Positions 1-21,375 of a DNA stretch of 64,000 bases are shown here, piece by piece. The notes under the pieces are model-generated. The model saw nothing but the letters and a program-made list of their open reading frames with translations, ran no database searches and was not told the DNA's origin. The DNA is from the human T2T-CHM13v2.0 reference genome, Homo sapiens. A program made the translations under genes and the position numbers. The DNA is taken from the NCBI RefSeq assembly GCF_009914755.1, contig NC_060931.1; one strand, given 5' to 3'. How positions within the stretch are numbered: the first letter of the stretch is position 1; each line of letters starts with the position of its first letter.

Positions 1-637
1 CTTAAAATAAAAAAAAAAATGGGCTGGTGATCTGGGAAATAGAGGAAACAGGGGCAAAGAGAAGCAGGAAAGAGGAGAAAAGGGAAGGAAAGAGGGAGGG
101 AGGAAAATTTATATTAATGGACATCAAATCTCAACTCTCCAAACCTGAAGGGAAACATAGTAGTTTTTTAAAAGAATTAATGGATGTTAGTTTTAAATGG
201 ACACCTTCCTCTTTTTACAGAAAATTTCTGGGCTGTTTGACATCACCACTGAGAGCAGCTAGAATTTGAATGGCGGGGATACTTTAAAAGCTCAGAACTA
301 TAGCCAGGCGTGGTGACTCACTCCTGTAATCCCCAGCACTTTGGGAGGCTGAGGTGGGTGAATCGCTTGAGCCCAGAAGTTCAACACATCTGGGCAACAT
401 GGTGAAACTCCATCTCTACCAAAAATACAAAAATTAGCCAGTCTCATAACCTGGTCTCAAAAAAATAAAATGAAAGCTCAAAAGTGTAAAATCAGAGGAC
501 AAAAGCATGCACATAGGGAAAGAGTATGTCTGTGTAACAGCCAGGGTCCAACTGACCTTAAGGGACAATGACTCATCTGCTGTGTAAGGTCCCATCCTTG
601 GATTTTACAGTATCTGTAGCTACCCCCATCTCATTCT

Positions 638-933
638 TTTTTTTTTTTTTTTTTTGAGACGGAGTCTAGCTCTGTCGCCCAGGCTGGAGTGCAGTGGCAC
701 CATCTCGGCTCATTGCAACCTCCGCCCCCTGGGTTCAAGCAATCTCCTGCCTCAGCCTCCCTAGTCACTGAGATTACAGGCACCTGCCACCACAGCTAAT
801 TTTTGTATTTTTAGTAGATGCAGGGTTTCGCCATGTTGGCCAGGCTGATCTTGAACTCCTGACCTCAGGTGACCCTCCCGCCCCAGCCTCCCAAAGTGCT
901 GGGATTACAGTCGTGAGTCACCGCAGCCGGCCA
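638..933 (-). mobile_element. AluS
   Basis: T-tail then antisense Alu body. TSD CCATCT(C/G)ATTCTT. Confidence 0.9.
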
Positions 934-1108
934 TCTGATTCTTCTTCATGGGCAGTAACCTGCCGCCATGTGGTGAGAATGATCTTTTACCCACACCGTG
1001 GGCGCTAGCTTATTTCTCTGTGACTTAGTCATGCCTGGCCTATTACCTAGTTGAATAGATCTGCGCTGTGTTTGACTCTCAAGTAAAAACACATTCTAAG
1101 GTTGATTT

Positions 1109-1502
1109 TGAGGCAGGAGAATATGGCCTAAGGCGCAGGAAACCTAAGGACTTCCTAGAACTAAATCAAATGGAAACACTCCAGCTATGGCAGGAAATAT
1201 CCTCTTCATTTACATAGGGTATACACCAAGTAAATAACTTTGTAACTGCAGTTTAGCCTCTTCATTTACATAGAGCGTACACCAAATAACCAATGGAAAC
1301 CTCCAGAGGGTATTTAAACCCCAGGAAATTCTGTAACCAAGCCCTTGAGCCACTTGCTCGGCCGCTCCCACCCTGTGCAGTGTGCTTTCATTTTCAACAA
1401 ATCTCCGCTTTTGTTGCTTCATTCTTTCCTTGCTTTGTTTGTGCGTCTCGTCCAATTCTTTGTTCAAAACGCCAAGAACCTAGACACTCTCCACCTGTAA
1501 CA
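1109..1502 (+). mobile_element. MER51-family (ERV1) solo LTR
   Basis: TGAGGCAGGAGAATA...CCACCTGTAACA with perfect ATTT TSD (1105-1108 / 1503-1506). CCAAT box and TATTTAAA motif present. Confidence 0.8.
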
Positions 1503-1568
1503 ATTTGGCAATCTGACAAGATTGAGAATTGGTGTTGACAATGAGATGTTCAAAAATAATATGTGCTG

Positions 1569-1937
<369 letters not shown>

Positions 1938-2212
1938 TCAATCAATACTCAGTTGTTTATTGAGCATTTTATTTTGTGTTCTATATGGTAATAGGTGCCA
2001 GTAATAAAGGCTTACATTTAACAAGTGCATCATTGGCTTCTAAATCATGTTCATAATTGTTTTCCCGCAATCTCATTACCTCTGAGGTGGGTGACAGTGT
2101 AGGTATCATTCACTCCTTTTGGCATGTGAAGAAATGGGCACTCAAGGATGAAGGGACTTGATAGAGCCTCTGTTTTCTATTAATGACCAAGATGTGCCAA
2201 GATATGACCTGA

Positions 2213-2650
2213 CCCTTCCCTTCCTTTCCCTTCCCTTCCCTTCCTTCCCTTCCCTTCCCTCCCCTCCCCTCCCCTCCTTTCCCCTTCCCCTCCCTTCCCC
2301 TCCCTTCCCCTCCTCTCCCCTCCCTTCCCCTCCTCCCCCCTCCCCTCCCCCTCCCTTCCTCTCCTCCCCCCTCCCCTCCCCCTCCCTTCCCCTCCTCTCC
2401 CCTCCCTTCCCCTCCTCTCCCCTCCCCTTCCCCTCCCTTCCCCTCCTCTCCCCTCCCTTCCCCTCCTCTCCCCTCCCTTCCCCTCCTCTCCCCTCCCTTC
2501 CCCTCCTCTCCCCTCCCCTCCCCCTCCCTTCCCCTCCTCTCCCCTCCCTTCCCCTCCTCTCCCCTCCCCTCCTTCCCCTCCCCTCCCCTCCCCTCCCTTC
2601 CTCTCTTCTCTTCCTCCCTCCCTTCCTTCCTTCCTTCCTTCCTTTTCTTT
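2213..2650 (+). repeat. 438-nt pure polypyrimidine tract (CCCTT/CCCCT/CCTCT units), expanded tail of an antisense Alu
   Basis: No A or G between 2213 and 2650. Recurrent 20-mer CCCTCCCTTCCCCTCCTCTC. Confidence 0.95.
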
Positions 2651-2785
2651 ATTTTTTTTTGAGACTGAATCTCATTCTGTCACCCAGGTGGGAGAGCAGT
2701 GGCATGATCACAGCTCATTGCAGCCTCATTCTCCTGGGCTCAAGCGATCCTCCTACCTTGGCTTCCCAAAATCCCAAAATGCTAG

Positions 2786-3010
<225 letters not shown>

Positions 3011-3490
3011 TAGTAGAGACAGGATTTCACTGTGTTGGCCAGGCTGTTCTCGAACTCTTGACATCAAATGATCTGCCCGCCTCAGCCTTTCAAAGTGCTG
3101 GGATTACAGGTGTGAGCCAGCGCACCCGGTCCAGATATGACGATTTCTGTTGACTCCCACTGCCTAGATATTTCACCTAGAAAGATTTGTGTTGTTTTTA
3201 TTTTGTTTTTTGGTTTGTTAGCTATGGAATCTTTATACCTAACAGGGTTGGGGAGGGAACTGCAGACTCTTGATCAAGAGTTTCAGTTGGAATGAAAGGT
3301 CAAATTGTAACAGAGCTTTAACCCAATTGGTAGACAAATTTGTAGGGTAAATATGAAATGATAAGGAAATGAGTAAGGATATATTAGCATGGTAACTAAG
3401 GACTGGAAATTATGGGAGTTTATGTGTAACTTTATTCTTTTTTATTATTTTTTTTAGGGAATAGAACATGCATTTAGTAGTTTCGTTTCA

Positions 3491-3691
<201 letters not shown>

Positions 3692-3734
3692 TTAGCCAGG
3701 CATGGTGGTGCACGCCTGTAATCCCAGCTACTCA

Positions 3735-4925
<1,191 letters not shown>

Positions 4926-5158
4926 TCAGCCTCAGGAACACTTGTTCCTGGACCCAGACGCTCAATCTGATTGAGGTGGGATTCCTTTGGCAGAGCTAGA
5001 GGTGGTATTTTGTTCTTTCATCAGACAACACATAATATCTGTTTTTCTCTCTTCTTTCATGTTAGCAGCTACTGAGACCCAGTGTCTAGATCTATCAGTT
5101 CATTAGAGGTTGCAAAATGGTGACATTCTAATTCTTTAATCTATAAACTGAAATAATT

Positions 5159-6570
<1,412 letters not shown>

Positions 6571-7481
6571 ATATTATTGTGAATTTATCTATTTAAGCAT
6601 AGTTGTTGATTGTTTATGGTTTTCAGAGACAGGGGCTCGCTGTTTCCCAGGCTAGAGTGCAGTGGCAGGATTATAGTTCGCTGTAATCTCAAACTCCACT
6701 CCTCCTGCCTCGGCTTTCCAAAGCACTGGGATTACAGGTGTAAGCCACCATGCCCGGCCTACGTGCTGGATTTTAATTCATTCTAATTCCTATTTTTCCT
6801 GAAACTCAAATGGTCCAGTCTCTGGCCACCGTGGGCTTCTTTAGGTCCTTTTGCCATAACTTTAGTGGTCTTTCATAGTGTCCTTGCTTTCTGATATGTC
6901 AAGATGTTCCAAGCTTATCTTGTACATTTCCTGCCTCAGATTGGGAACTAGCCATTTCCTGAAGATGCTCTGATTTATTTATGTATTTATTTATTTATAA
7001 AATGAGACAGGGTCTCACTATGTTGGCCAGGGTGGTCTCAAACTTCTGGCTTCAAGCAATCCTCTCACCTTGGCCTCCCAAAATGCTGGGATGAGAGATG
7101 TCAGCCACCGCGCCTGGCCTTGCTCTGATTTATTTCAATGGGAAATAGTTTGCAAGACTATGATCTAAGAAGGAGACATGCTTTCTCCTACTGGGTTGTT
7201 CATTGTCTCTTGACTTTTCTATTGGCTAGAACTAAAAATTATATATTTAAAGATAAAAATACCTCATGAGCTCATATTAATATTTAAAATACAAATTTTG
7301 GACTACAGTGGTTTTCCTTAACCTCTTTTATATTGCATTTGTATCTTATTTCTTCCACAGCAAGGATTTTGGTTCTCAAGGGAATGATGGAATTAGAATA
7401 GCCCAAACTTACTCAAGGAATTAAAATATCCCACAACTAAACACAATACTGTCAATATAAAAATAATAAATAGATAAATAA

Positions 7482-7796
<315 letters not shown>

Positions 7797-7799
7797 TAA

Positions 7800-8057
<258 letters not shown>

Positions 8058-8864
8058 TAATGAGAACCATATTCCCGGTGGAGGTTTGTGCCATTTGTGC
8101 TTGAGGATTGGTTTTACTGACAGAAAATCCTTGGCTCACAAGAATCTAGTTCGTTTTCTTCTGGTATGAAGTATCACTGCCAGTAGTTTGATTAGAATCT
8201 AGTTTTCTTTCTTTTTTCCATCATATGTGTTTTACCTATATGTTCAATGGAGGGTTTTTAAAGTTCTGTAGTTTTACTAAAATATACTTTGGTGTGACTT
8301 ATTTTGGTCAATATTTTCAGGTGCAGGGGTTTTTCTCTTAATATGCAGTTTTAAACCTTTTAAAATTTAATCTCAGGAAAACTTCCCTGATTTATATTAT
8401 TTACTATCTACTTTGGTTTTCTTTTTTTTTCTTTTACTTACTTGTGTATTTATGTATTTATTTATTTTTTGGGGTTTCGCTCTTTCTGCTCAGGCTGGAG
8501 TGAAGTGGCGCGATCTCGGCTCACTGGAACCTCCATCCCCCGGGTTGAAGCGATTCTCCTGCCTCAGCCTCCTGAGCAGCTGAGATTATAGGCACCCGTC
8601 ACCACACCTGGCTAATTTTTGTATTTTTAGTAGAGACGGGGTTTCACCATGTTGGCCAGGCTGGTCTCAAACTCCTGACCTCAGGCGATCCACCTGCCTT
8701 GGCCTTCCGAAGTCCTAGGATTACAGGCGTGAGCCACAGCGCCCGGCTTTTTTTTTCCTTTTAAGTTTTTTTATTTTTAATAGAGACAGAGTCTCCCTGT
8801 GTTGCCCAAGATGGTCTCAAACACCTGGGCTCAAGTGATCCTCCCACCTCAGCCTCCCAAGTAG

Positions 8865-9497
<633 letters not shown>

Positions 9498-10327
9498 TGA
9501 GTACTGGGATTACAGGGATGCGCCACCACACATGGCTAATTTTGTATTTTTAGTAGAGACGGGGTTTCTCCATATTGGCCAGGCTGGTCTCAAACTCCCG
9601 ACCTCAAGTGATCTGCCCACCTCGGCCTCCCAAAGTTCTGGGATTACAGGTGACTTCTACTCTGTTCTTTTTTTTGTTATTATTGTAAATTTTCTCAAGA
9701 ATTTTTGGTTTCACTGTATAAGTTGCTCTGTTGGTTTTTACGTGGGGATTTGGAACATACAAAAACTCTGCCCAGGGCTGGGCACGATGTCTCACGCCTG
9801 TAATCCCAGCATTTTGGGAGGTCGAGGTGGGTGGATCGCTTGAGCCCAGGAGTTGGAGAACAGCCTGGGCAACATAGTGAGACCCCCATCTCTACAAAAA
9901 ATACACCAAAATTAGCTGTGCATGGTGCTGTGTGCCGGTGGTCCCAGCTACTCAGGAGCCTGAGGTGGAAGGATCACTTGAGCCTGGGAAGTTGAGGCTG
10001 CAGCGAGCCGTGATAGCAGCACTGCACTCCAGCCTGGGCGACAGAACAAGACCCTGTCTCAAACAAAACAAAACAAAACAAAACAAAACAAAACACCAAC
10101 TCCGCTGGCACCACTGCCACCAGCTCCCCCAAGCCCACCTCCTTGGAATTTTAGTCCATTTAAGTCCTCATTTCCATAGCTCTCCAAGACCTTTAAAAAT
10201 TTATTCTGTGGCTGGACGTGGTGGCTCACGCCTGTAATCCCAGAACTTTGGGAGGCCGAGGTGGGTGGATCACCTGAGGTCGGGAGTTTGAGACCAGCTT
10301 GACCAACATGGAGAAACCCCATCTCTA

Positions 10328-10489
<162 letters not shown>

Positions 10490-10940
10490 TCAAAAAAAAA
10501 AAATGTATTTTATAATTTATCCTTTTTATCTAGGTCTTGCAGTAGAAGTGACAGCCTGCCACTACCAACAACATTCTATGCAGCTGTGAAACTCTTGTCT
10601 TTTTATCCTGCCTATTTAATATATTTTCTGGCCAACCATGGCAGCAGTTTTAATGTTTGCTTTGTGATGTGATTCTTGAGGACACATTTGGAACACATTC
10701 ATGACTTGAGATGCAGGCTATAGATTAGGAGAGAAAAGGCTCTGGATTCAGAAATCCTCTTCAGAGCGAAGAAACATGAAAATATGAATGTATTACACAA
10801 TTTTATAAAATACTCCCATGGAACCTTCACCAAGCTTCTTTCTACAGAATCCTGGTGAATTGGTTCACAGGGCTTGAAAGCCGCCACCTGTGTTTGAATT
10901 ATATCCTAGGACTCACTTCTTCCGTGTTGGCTTCACCTGA

Positions 10941-11180
<240 letters not shown>

Positions 11181-11581
11181 TGAACTGCTGGGCCCAAGTG
11201 ATTGGCCCGCCTTGGCCTCTCAGTGCTGAGATTACAGGCGTGAGCCACCGCACCTGGCCTGAGGCCTCTTTTTTTTTTTTTTTTTTTTTTTGAGACGGAG
11301 TCTGGATTCTCACTCTGTCGCCCAGGCTGGAGTGCAGTGGTGCGATCTTGGCCCACTGCAACCCCCGCCTCCTGGGTTCAAGTGATTCTCCTGCTTCAGC
11401 TTCCTGAGTTGCTGGGACTACAAGTGCCCGCCACCACAGCTGGCTAATTTTTGCATTTTTAGTAGAGACAGGGCTTCCCCATGTTGGCCAGGTTGGTCTC
11501 AAACTCCTGACCTCAGGTGATCTGCCCACCCCGGCCTCCCAAAGTGCTGGGATTACAGGCGTGAGCCACCGCGCCCGGCCT

Positions 11582-11736
11582 CTGAGGCCTCTTTCTAAGG
11601 GCACTAATCCCATTCATGAGGCTCCACTCTCATGCCCTAATCACCTCCCAAAGGCCCCTCCTCCAAATACCATCACACTGGAGATTAGGTTTCAACACAT
11701 ACATTTTGGGGAGCCACAAACATTCAGACTATAGAG
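11582..11736 (-). mobile_element. MLT1A-like LTR fragment
   Basis: AAGGGCACTAATCCCATTCATGAG..CTAATCACCTCCCAAAGGCCCC..AAACATTCAGACTATAG. Confidence 0.7.
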
Positions 11737-12112
11737 GCGGAGAATCTGGGATAGGCCAAGAGAGGGGGTAATGTTAGCAAGGAGAGGATTTCAAAAGGGA
11801 GGAGCAAAGATGTAAAGCAACGTTTTGCGGTGGTAGATTGCAAGGCGCACTCAGGCTGCTGAAGAGGTGAGGCTGGAGATGTAGGCAGGTCACGGAGAAC
11901 TGGATCACTACTTTTATTTTCATTTGTTTGTAGAGATGGGGTCTGGCTTTGTTGCCCAGGCTGGTCTTGAACTTCTGGCTTCAAGTGATCCCCGCATCTC
12001 GGCCTCTCAAAGCACCTAGGATCACAGGTGTGAGCTTTGGAGTGATCCTCACGTGATGAACATGATCAGATTTCAGTTTCCCCCGGAAGACAGAATGGAA
12101 TTTGGGAGATTA

Positions 12113-12517
<405 letters not shown>

Positions 12518-13615
12518 TCATAAGGAAAAAAAAAAAAAAGATGGAAGACTAACAAGAATTGAATGTAGACTCTGGAGAAGAGTAAGGGGATGGTAAGAAA
12601 AATTATCCAAAATTGAAAGCAAGGTAAACAGGTAAACCACACAGCTCGTCAATGACATATAAGGACAAAGGTCCATCCAAGAGGGACAATCTAGGGAATA
12701 TACTTTGCTCAGCCACTAGGTACTATTGATTAAAGTTCTCAGGCTCAGAGAAGTTGCCTGTAACTTAGAGATTCTTGTCTGGTAGAAATGCAGGCTGGGG
12801 GCTGTGACTGGTGCCTGAAATCACAGCACTTTGGGAGGCCAAGTGTGGGAGGATCGCTTGAGCCCAGGAGTTAAAGATTACAGTGAGCCATGATTGTGCC
12901 ACTGCACTCCAGCCTGGGAGACAGAGCAAGACCTTGTCTCTAAAAATAACCCCCCACAAAATCCAGAACCAGAAAGGCCAGGCATGGTAGCTCATGCTTG
13001 CAATCTCAGCACTTTGGGAGGCCAAGGTGGGTGGATCACCTGAGCTCAGGAGCTTGAGATCAGCTGGGCAACATGGCAAGACCTCTGTCTCTACAAAAAA
13101 TACAAAAATTAGCTGAGTGTGATGGCACGCATCTGTAGTCCCACCTACACAGGAGGCTGAGGTGGGAGGATCGCTTGAGCCCAGGAGGCAGAGATTACAG
13201 TGTGCTGAGATCACACCTGTCTGGGTGACAGAGTGAAACTGGGTCTCAAAAAACAAAACAAAACCCAAAAAACAGAACAAAACAAAAAGAGATGCAAATA
13301 ATTTTCATGCAGCAGAAAAGAAAACCCCAAAGGTTATGGTCTCGTGCCCTCTAGGATATTAACCAGTTTTGGATCCATCATTTTTATCCTAATATTTATT
13401 TATTAATATGATTATAAATACCTAGCTCCTCATTTGTCCTTTGAACCAGTCTTCACATCTTACTATTTTCCTCACTAATGAGTTGAATAAAATATTTGAC
13501 AAGTGTTAATTTTAATTTTATTATTTATGTATTTATATTTAATTTTTTAATTTTTTTTTGAGACAGAGTTTAGCTTTTTTTGAGATGGAGTTTAACTTTT
13601 TTTTTTTTTTTTTGA

Positions 13616-13762
<147 letters not shown>

Positions 13763-13865
13763 TAGTAGAGACAGGGTTTCACTGTGTTAGCCAGGATGGT
13801 CTCGATCTCCTGACCTTGTGATCTGCCCACCTTGGCCTCCCAAAGTGCTGGGATTACAGGCGTGA

Positions 13866-14048
<183 letters not shown>

Positions 14049-15094
14049 TAGTAGAGATGGGGTTTCACCATGTTGGCCGGGGTAGTCTTGAACTCCTGAC
14101 CTCAGGTGATCCACCTACCTCGGCCTCCCAAAGTGCTAGTATTACAGGCATGAGCCACCACTCCTGGCCATATTTATTTATTTTTTTGAGACAGAGTCTG
14201 CCTCTGTGGCCAAGTGCAGTGGCGTGATCTTGGCTCACTGCAACCTCTGCCTCCCAGGTTCAAGCGATTCTCCTGCCTCAGCCTCCTGAGTAGCTGAGAT
14301 TATAGGCACGTGCCACCACACTCAGCTAATTTTTGTATTTTTAGTAGAGATGGGGTTTCACCATGTTGGTCAGGCTTGTCTTGAACTTCTGAACTCAAGT
14401 GATCCACCCACCTCAACCTCCCAAAGTGCTGGGATTACAGGCAGGAGCCAACGCGCCCAGCCTTGTTAAAGTTTCTAAAAACTCTGTATTAAAGGCATTT
14501 TTTTTCTTAAAAAGTGATTGTGGATTGATGGTTTAGCTTGTGATTGGGAAATATTATACTATTTTAGTTGTGCTTTATTTATATCTATGTTAAAATTTAT
14601 ATTAACTAAGCAAGTCTAATTTTCCGTTTATCCACTGAAGACACTGACCAACATTAGAGTGCTTTCAATAGTTGACAGCAATCAACTTAAAAGCACAATT
14701 ATGAGAATAAAGCTTGTCAATTCTTTTTAATTTTCTTCTCCAATGGAGTGTTTTGATGGCTAGGTTGAGTGAAGCAAAAGACATATATTTTGATTTTATT
14801 TGAGCATTTAAGTTTCATATTTTGAATAACACAGTCAAGCACAGCTATTAGCTATTAATTTTTTTTTTTTGATACAGGGTGTCTCTTGCTCCATCTCTGA
14901 GGCTGGAGTACAGCAGTGCGTTCACGGCTCCCTGCAGCCTCTACCTTCCAGGCTAACGTGATCCTCCTGCCTCAGCCTCCTGAGTAGCTAGGAGTACAGG
15001 TGTGTGCCAGCACACCCAGCTAATTTGTTTTTAATTTTTTTTTTTTTTTGTAGAGACAGAGTCTCTCCATGTTGCCCAGGCTGTGCAGCTATTA

Positions 15095-15491
<397 letters not shown>

Positions 15492-16311
15492 TCACTTGAG
15501 GTCAGGAGTTTAAGACCAATCTGGGCAACATAGTGACACTCTGTCTCAAAGCAAAAAAAAAAAAATTCTTTTGAAAGCATTAAATGCCTTGGGGTACATA
15601 TCATTGTACATACGATGTTATGACATCATAAAGTAGAGCGAGTATACGGTCCCTTGATAGTTCTGCATCTGGATTTTCAGGGTTACTCAGCTTATTTTTC
15701 TTCTAGTGGAGTGATATTTTAAAAATCATTAGGACTTTCACTTGAAGGTGAGCTGAGAAAAATGCAATGAAAGAAGTTAAAAATTAATCTGGTTTATTTT
15801 ACTGCTTTTTAATATTTTGGAGTATAAATCATTATAATAAATGGTCAGTTAAAATAAATGATTTCTCCCTCATTGCAACTGATAGCTGAATGTGAGCTGA
15901 AAGGTTATGTACGTGCAAGCAAATGCATTCCTGGTAGAAGAAATCATTTGAGCAAAGACCTACAATTTCTTGTTCACTATTTACAGGCAGTGATGAAATC
16001 AGAAACTTTGGGAGGTCTATTTCAGGAGAAGCAGATAAGTAAGATACTTCTTGAAGGCTGGGCATGCTGTCTCACGCCTGCAATCCAGCACTTTGGGAGG
16101 CCGAGGTGGGCAGATCGCCTGAGGTCAAAAGTTTGAGACCAGCCTGGCCAACATGTTGAAACCCCATCTCTACTAAAAACACAAAAATTAGGCTGGGTAT
16201 GGTGGCTCATGCCTGTAATCCCAGCACTTTGGGAGGCCGAGGGGGTTGGATCACCTGAGGTTGGGAGTTCGAGACCATCCTGACCAACGTGGAGAAACCC
16301 CGTCTCTACTA

Positions 16312-16470
<159 letters not shown>

Positions 16471-17158
16471 TCAAAAAAAAAAAAAAAAAAAAAGCCGGTC
16501 ATGGTGGCAGGTGCCTGTAATTCCAGCTATTTGGGAGCCTGAGGCAGGAGAATCGCTTGAGCCTGGGAGGTGGAGGTTTCAGTGAGCCGAGATCATGTCA
16601 TTGAACTCCAGCCTGGGCAACACGAGTAAAACTCAGTCTCCAAAAAGAAAAGATACTACTTGAAGATCTTTGTCCACATTTTCTCCAGGTTGTTTTTTCT
16701 CCATCAGAGTAAGATGCCCATACTTCCTGTCAACGTGGTGCATTGCTGGTGGCAGTTCTGCTTTAACTCCACGCTGGAAGCTTCTAGAATGTCAAATGTT
16801 GGAGAAGCCTAGTTATTGAGGTGGCAAAGGGGAAGAGTTAATGCCAACAGGCAAATGCACTGCCTGTATTTAGAAAAAGAGGAGAAGGGATGTAACCAGA
16901 GATTATAGTCCAGTCCACTTAATTTTCATTTCTAAAATGTCCAAAAAGTCACTTTAAACATATCAATTTTTTTTGTTTTTTGTTATGTTTGTTTTTTGTT
17001 TTTTTGTTTGGAGACAGGGTCTCGCTCTATCACCCAGGCTGGAGTGCAGCGGCGTGATCTCGGCTCACTGCAACCTCCGCCTCCTGGTTCAAGTGATTCT
17101 CCCACCTCAGCCTCTCCGGTAGCTGGGACTACAGGCATGTGCCACCACTCCCAGATAA

Positions 17159-17308
<150 letters not shown>

Positions 17309-17534
17309 TAAGGGACACACTTTATCAGACCAATCCCACTTTTATTCCATAATGATGATTAATTACTGGAACGGCTTGGAATAGGTATGAGGCTATTCAA
17401 TTTCAGTGAGTTTTTGCCTTTATATTCTGAATAGTAATATAATTACTAGTAGGTTGTGAAATATTTAGAAGTTATTGATATAAGGTCGACATATACCATG
17501 AAATTTTATTATCTGGAGTTTAGTATGTGTAAGG

Positions 17535-18054
<520 letters not shown>

Positions 18055-18065
18055 TAAAGAATTAG

Positions 18066-18338
<273 letters not shown>

Positions 18339-18567
18339 TGATCCACCCACCTTGGCCTCTCAAAGTGCTGGGATTACAGGCGTGAGCCACCTCGCCCGGC
18401 CGAAAAACACTAAGTTTCTAGAGGTGGATTAGTATTCACCTCCTTTTCACTTAATAGAATTAAAGGATTTGTTAATTATTATTAAAGGCTGGGTCTCATT
18501 CTGTTGCCGAGGCTGGAGTGCAGTGGCACGATCATAGCTCACTGTAACCTCAAACTCCCGATCCCAA

Positions 18568-20112
18568 TGTGTCCGGAATTGGTGGGTTCTTGGTCTCACT
18601 GACTTCAAGAATGAAGCCGCGGACCCTCACGGTGAGTGTTACAGCTCTTAAGGTGGCGCGTCTGGAGTCTGTCCCTTCTGATGTTCAGATGTGTTTGGAG
18701 TTTCTTCCTTCTGGTGGGTTTGTGGTCTCGCTGGCTCAGGAGTGAAGCTGCAGACCTTCGCGGTGAGTGTTACAGCTCTTAAGGCAGCGTCTGGAGTTGT
18801 TCCTTCCTCCCGGTGGGCTCCTGGTCTTGCTGGGCTCAGGACTGAAGCTGCAGATCTTCGCGGTGAGTGTTACAGCTCATAAAAGCAGCGTGGACCCAAA
18901 GAGCGAGCAGTAGCAAAATTTATTGCAAAGAGCGAAAGAACAAAGCTTCCACACAGTGGAAAGGGACCCGAGCAGGTTGCTAATGCTGGCTCCGGCAGCC
19001 TGCTTTTATTCTCTTATCTGGCCCCACCCACATCCTGCTGATTGGTAGAGCCGAGTGGCTTGTTTTGTCAGGGCGCTGATTGGTGCATTTACAATCCCTG
19101 AGCTAGATACAAAGGTTCTCCACCTCCCCATCAGATTAGTTAGATACAGAGTGTGGACACAAAGGTTCTCCAAGGCCCTACCAGAGCAGCTAGATACAGA
19201 GTGTCGATTGGTGCACTCACAAACCCTGAGCTAAACACAGGGTGCTGATTGGTGTGTTTACAAACCTTGAGCTAGATAGAGTGCCGATTGGTGTATTTAC
19301 AATCCCTGAGCTAGACATAAAGTTTCTCCACGTCCTCACCAGAGCAGCTAGATACAGAGTGTTGATTGGTGCACTCACAAACCTTGAGCTAAACACAGGG
19401 TGCTGATTGGTGTGTTTACAAGCCCTGAGCTAGATATAAAGACTCTCCACGTCCCCACCAGACTCAGGAGCCCAGCTGGCTTCAGCTAGTGGATCCCGCA
19501 CCGGGGCTGCAGGTGGAGCTGCCCGCCAGTCCTGCGCCGTGCGCTCGCACTCCTCAGCCCTTGGGTGGTCGATGGGACTGGGTGCCGTGGAGCAGGGGGT
19601 GGTGCTCGTCGGGGAGGCTGGGGCCACACAGGAGCCCATGGAGTGGGTGGGAGGCTCAGGCATGGCGGGCTGCAGGTCCCGAGCCCTGCCCCGCGGGAAG
19701 GCAGCTAAGGCCCGGTGAGAAATCGAGCACAGCGCCGGTGGGCTGGCACTGCTGGGGGACCCAGTACACCCTCCACAGCCACTGACCCAGGTGCTAAGCC
19801 CCTCATTGCCCGGGGCCAGCAGGGCTGGCCGGCTGCTCCGAGTGCAGGGCCCGCCAAGACCACGCCCACCCGGAACTCCAGCTGGCCCGCAAGCGCCGCA
19901 CGCAGCCCCGGTTCCCGCTCGTGCCTCTCCCTCCACACCTCCCTGCAAGCTGAGGGAGCCGGCTCCGGCCTTGGCCAGCCCAGAAAGGGGCTCCCACAGT
20001 GCAGCGGTGGGCCGAAGGGCTCCTCAAGTGCCGCCAAAGTGGGAGCCCAGGCAGAGGAGGCGCCGAGAGCGAGCGAGAGCTGTGAGGACTGCCAGCACGC
20101 TGTCACCTGTCA
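18568..20112 (-). mobile_element. LTR12C-type (ERV9/HERV9) solo LTR, inserted into an antisense AluJ-like element
   Basis: Termini TGTGTCCGGAATTGG...GCTGTCACCTGTCA. Tandem U3 repeats with 7 ATTGG (CCAAT) boxes 19041-19410, CpG-rich U3, U5 repeats. Flanks CCAA/CTAA (4-bp TSD, 1 mismatch). Alu halves at ~18489-18567 and 20113-20325. Confidence 0.93.
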
Positions 20113-20368
20113 CTAAGTGATCCTCTCACCTCAGCCTCCTGAGTGGCTGGGACTACAGGCATGTGCCACCAGAGCTGGCAAATTAAAACAAAATTTTTTT
20201 TGTAGAGATGAGGTCTTGCTTTGCTGCCCAGGCTCATCTTGTTTGAACTCCTGGGCTCAAGCGATCCTCCTGCCTCATCCTCCCAAAGTGCTGGGATTAC
20301 AGATGTGAGCCACCCAGCCCAGCCCATAGAATTTAAAGGATTTTTAAGTAGGATCTAGTCCAACCCCT

Positions 20369-21375
<1,007 letters not shown>

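Noticed and set aside
19041-19430. Repeat-spacer-like periodic array (possible CRISPR look-alike)
   Set aside because: These are the ERV9 U3 tandem enhancer repeats. Eukaryotic context, no cas genes.
19430-20120. Several overlapping 100-170 aa ORFs and CpG-island-like composition
   Set aside because: GC-rich U3 of LTR12C, not a gene or host CpG island.
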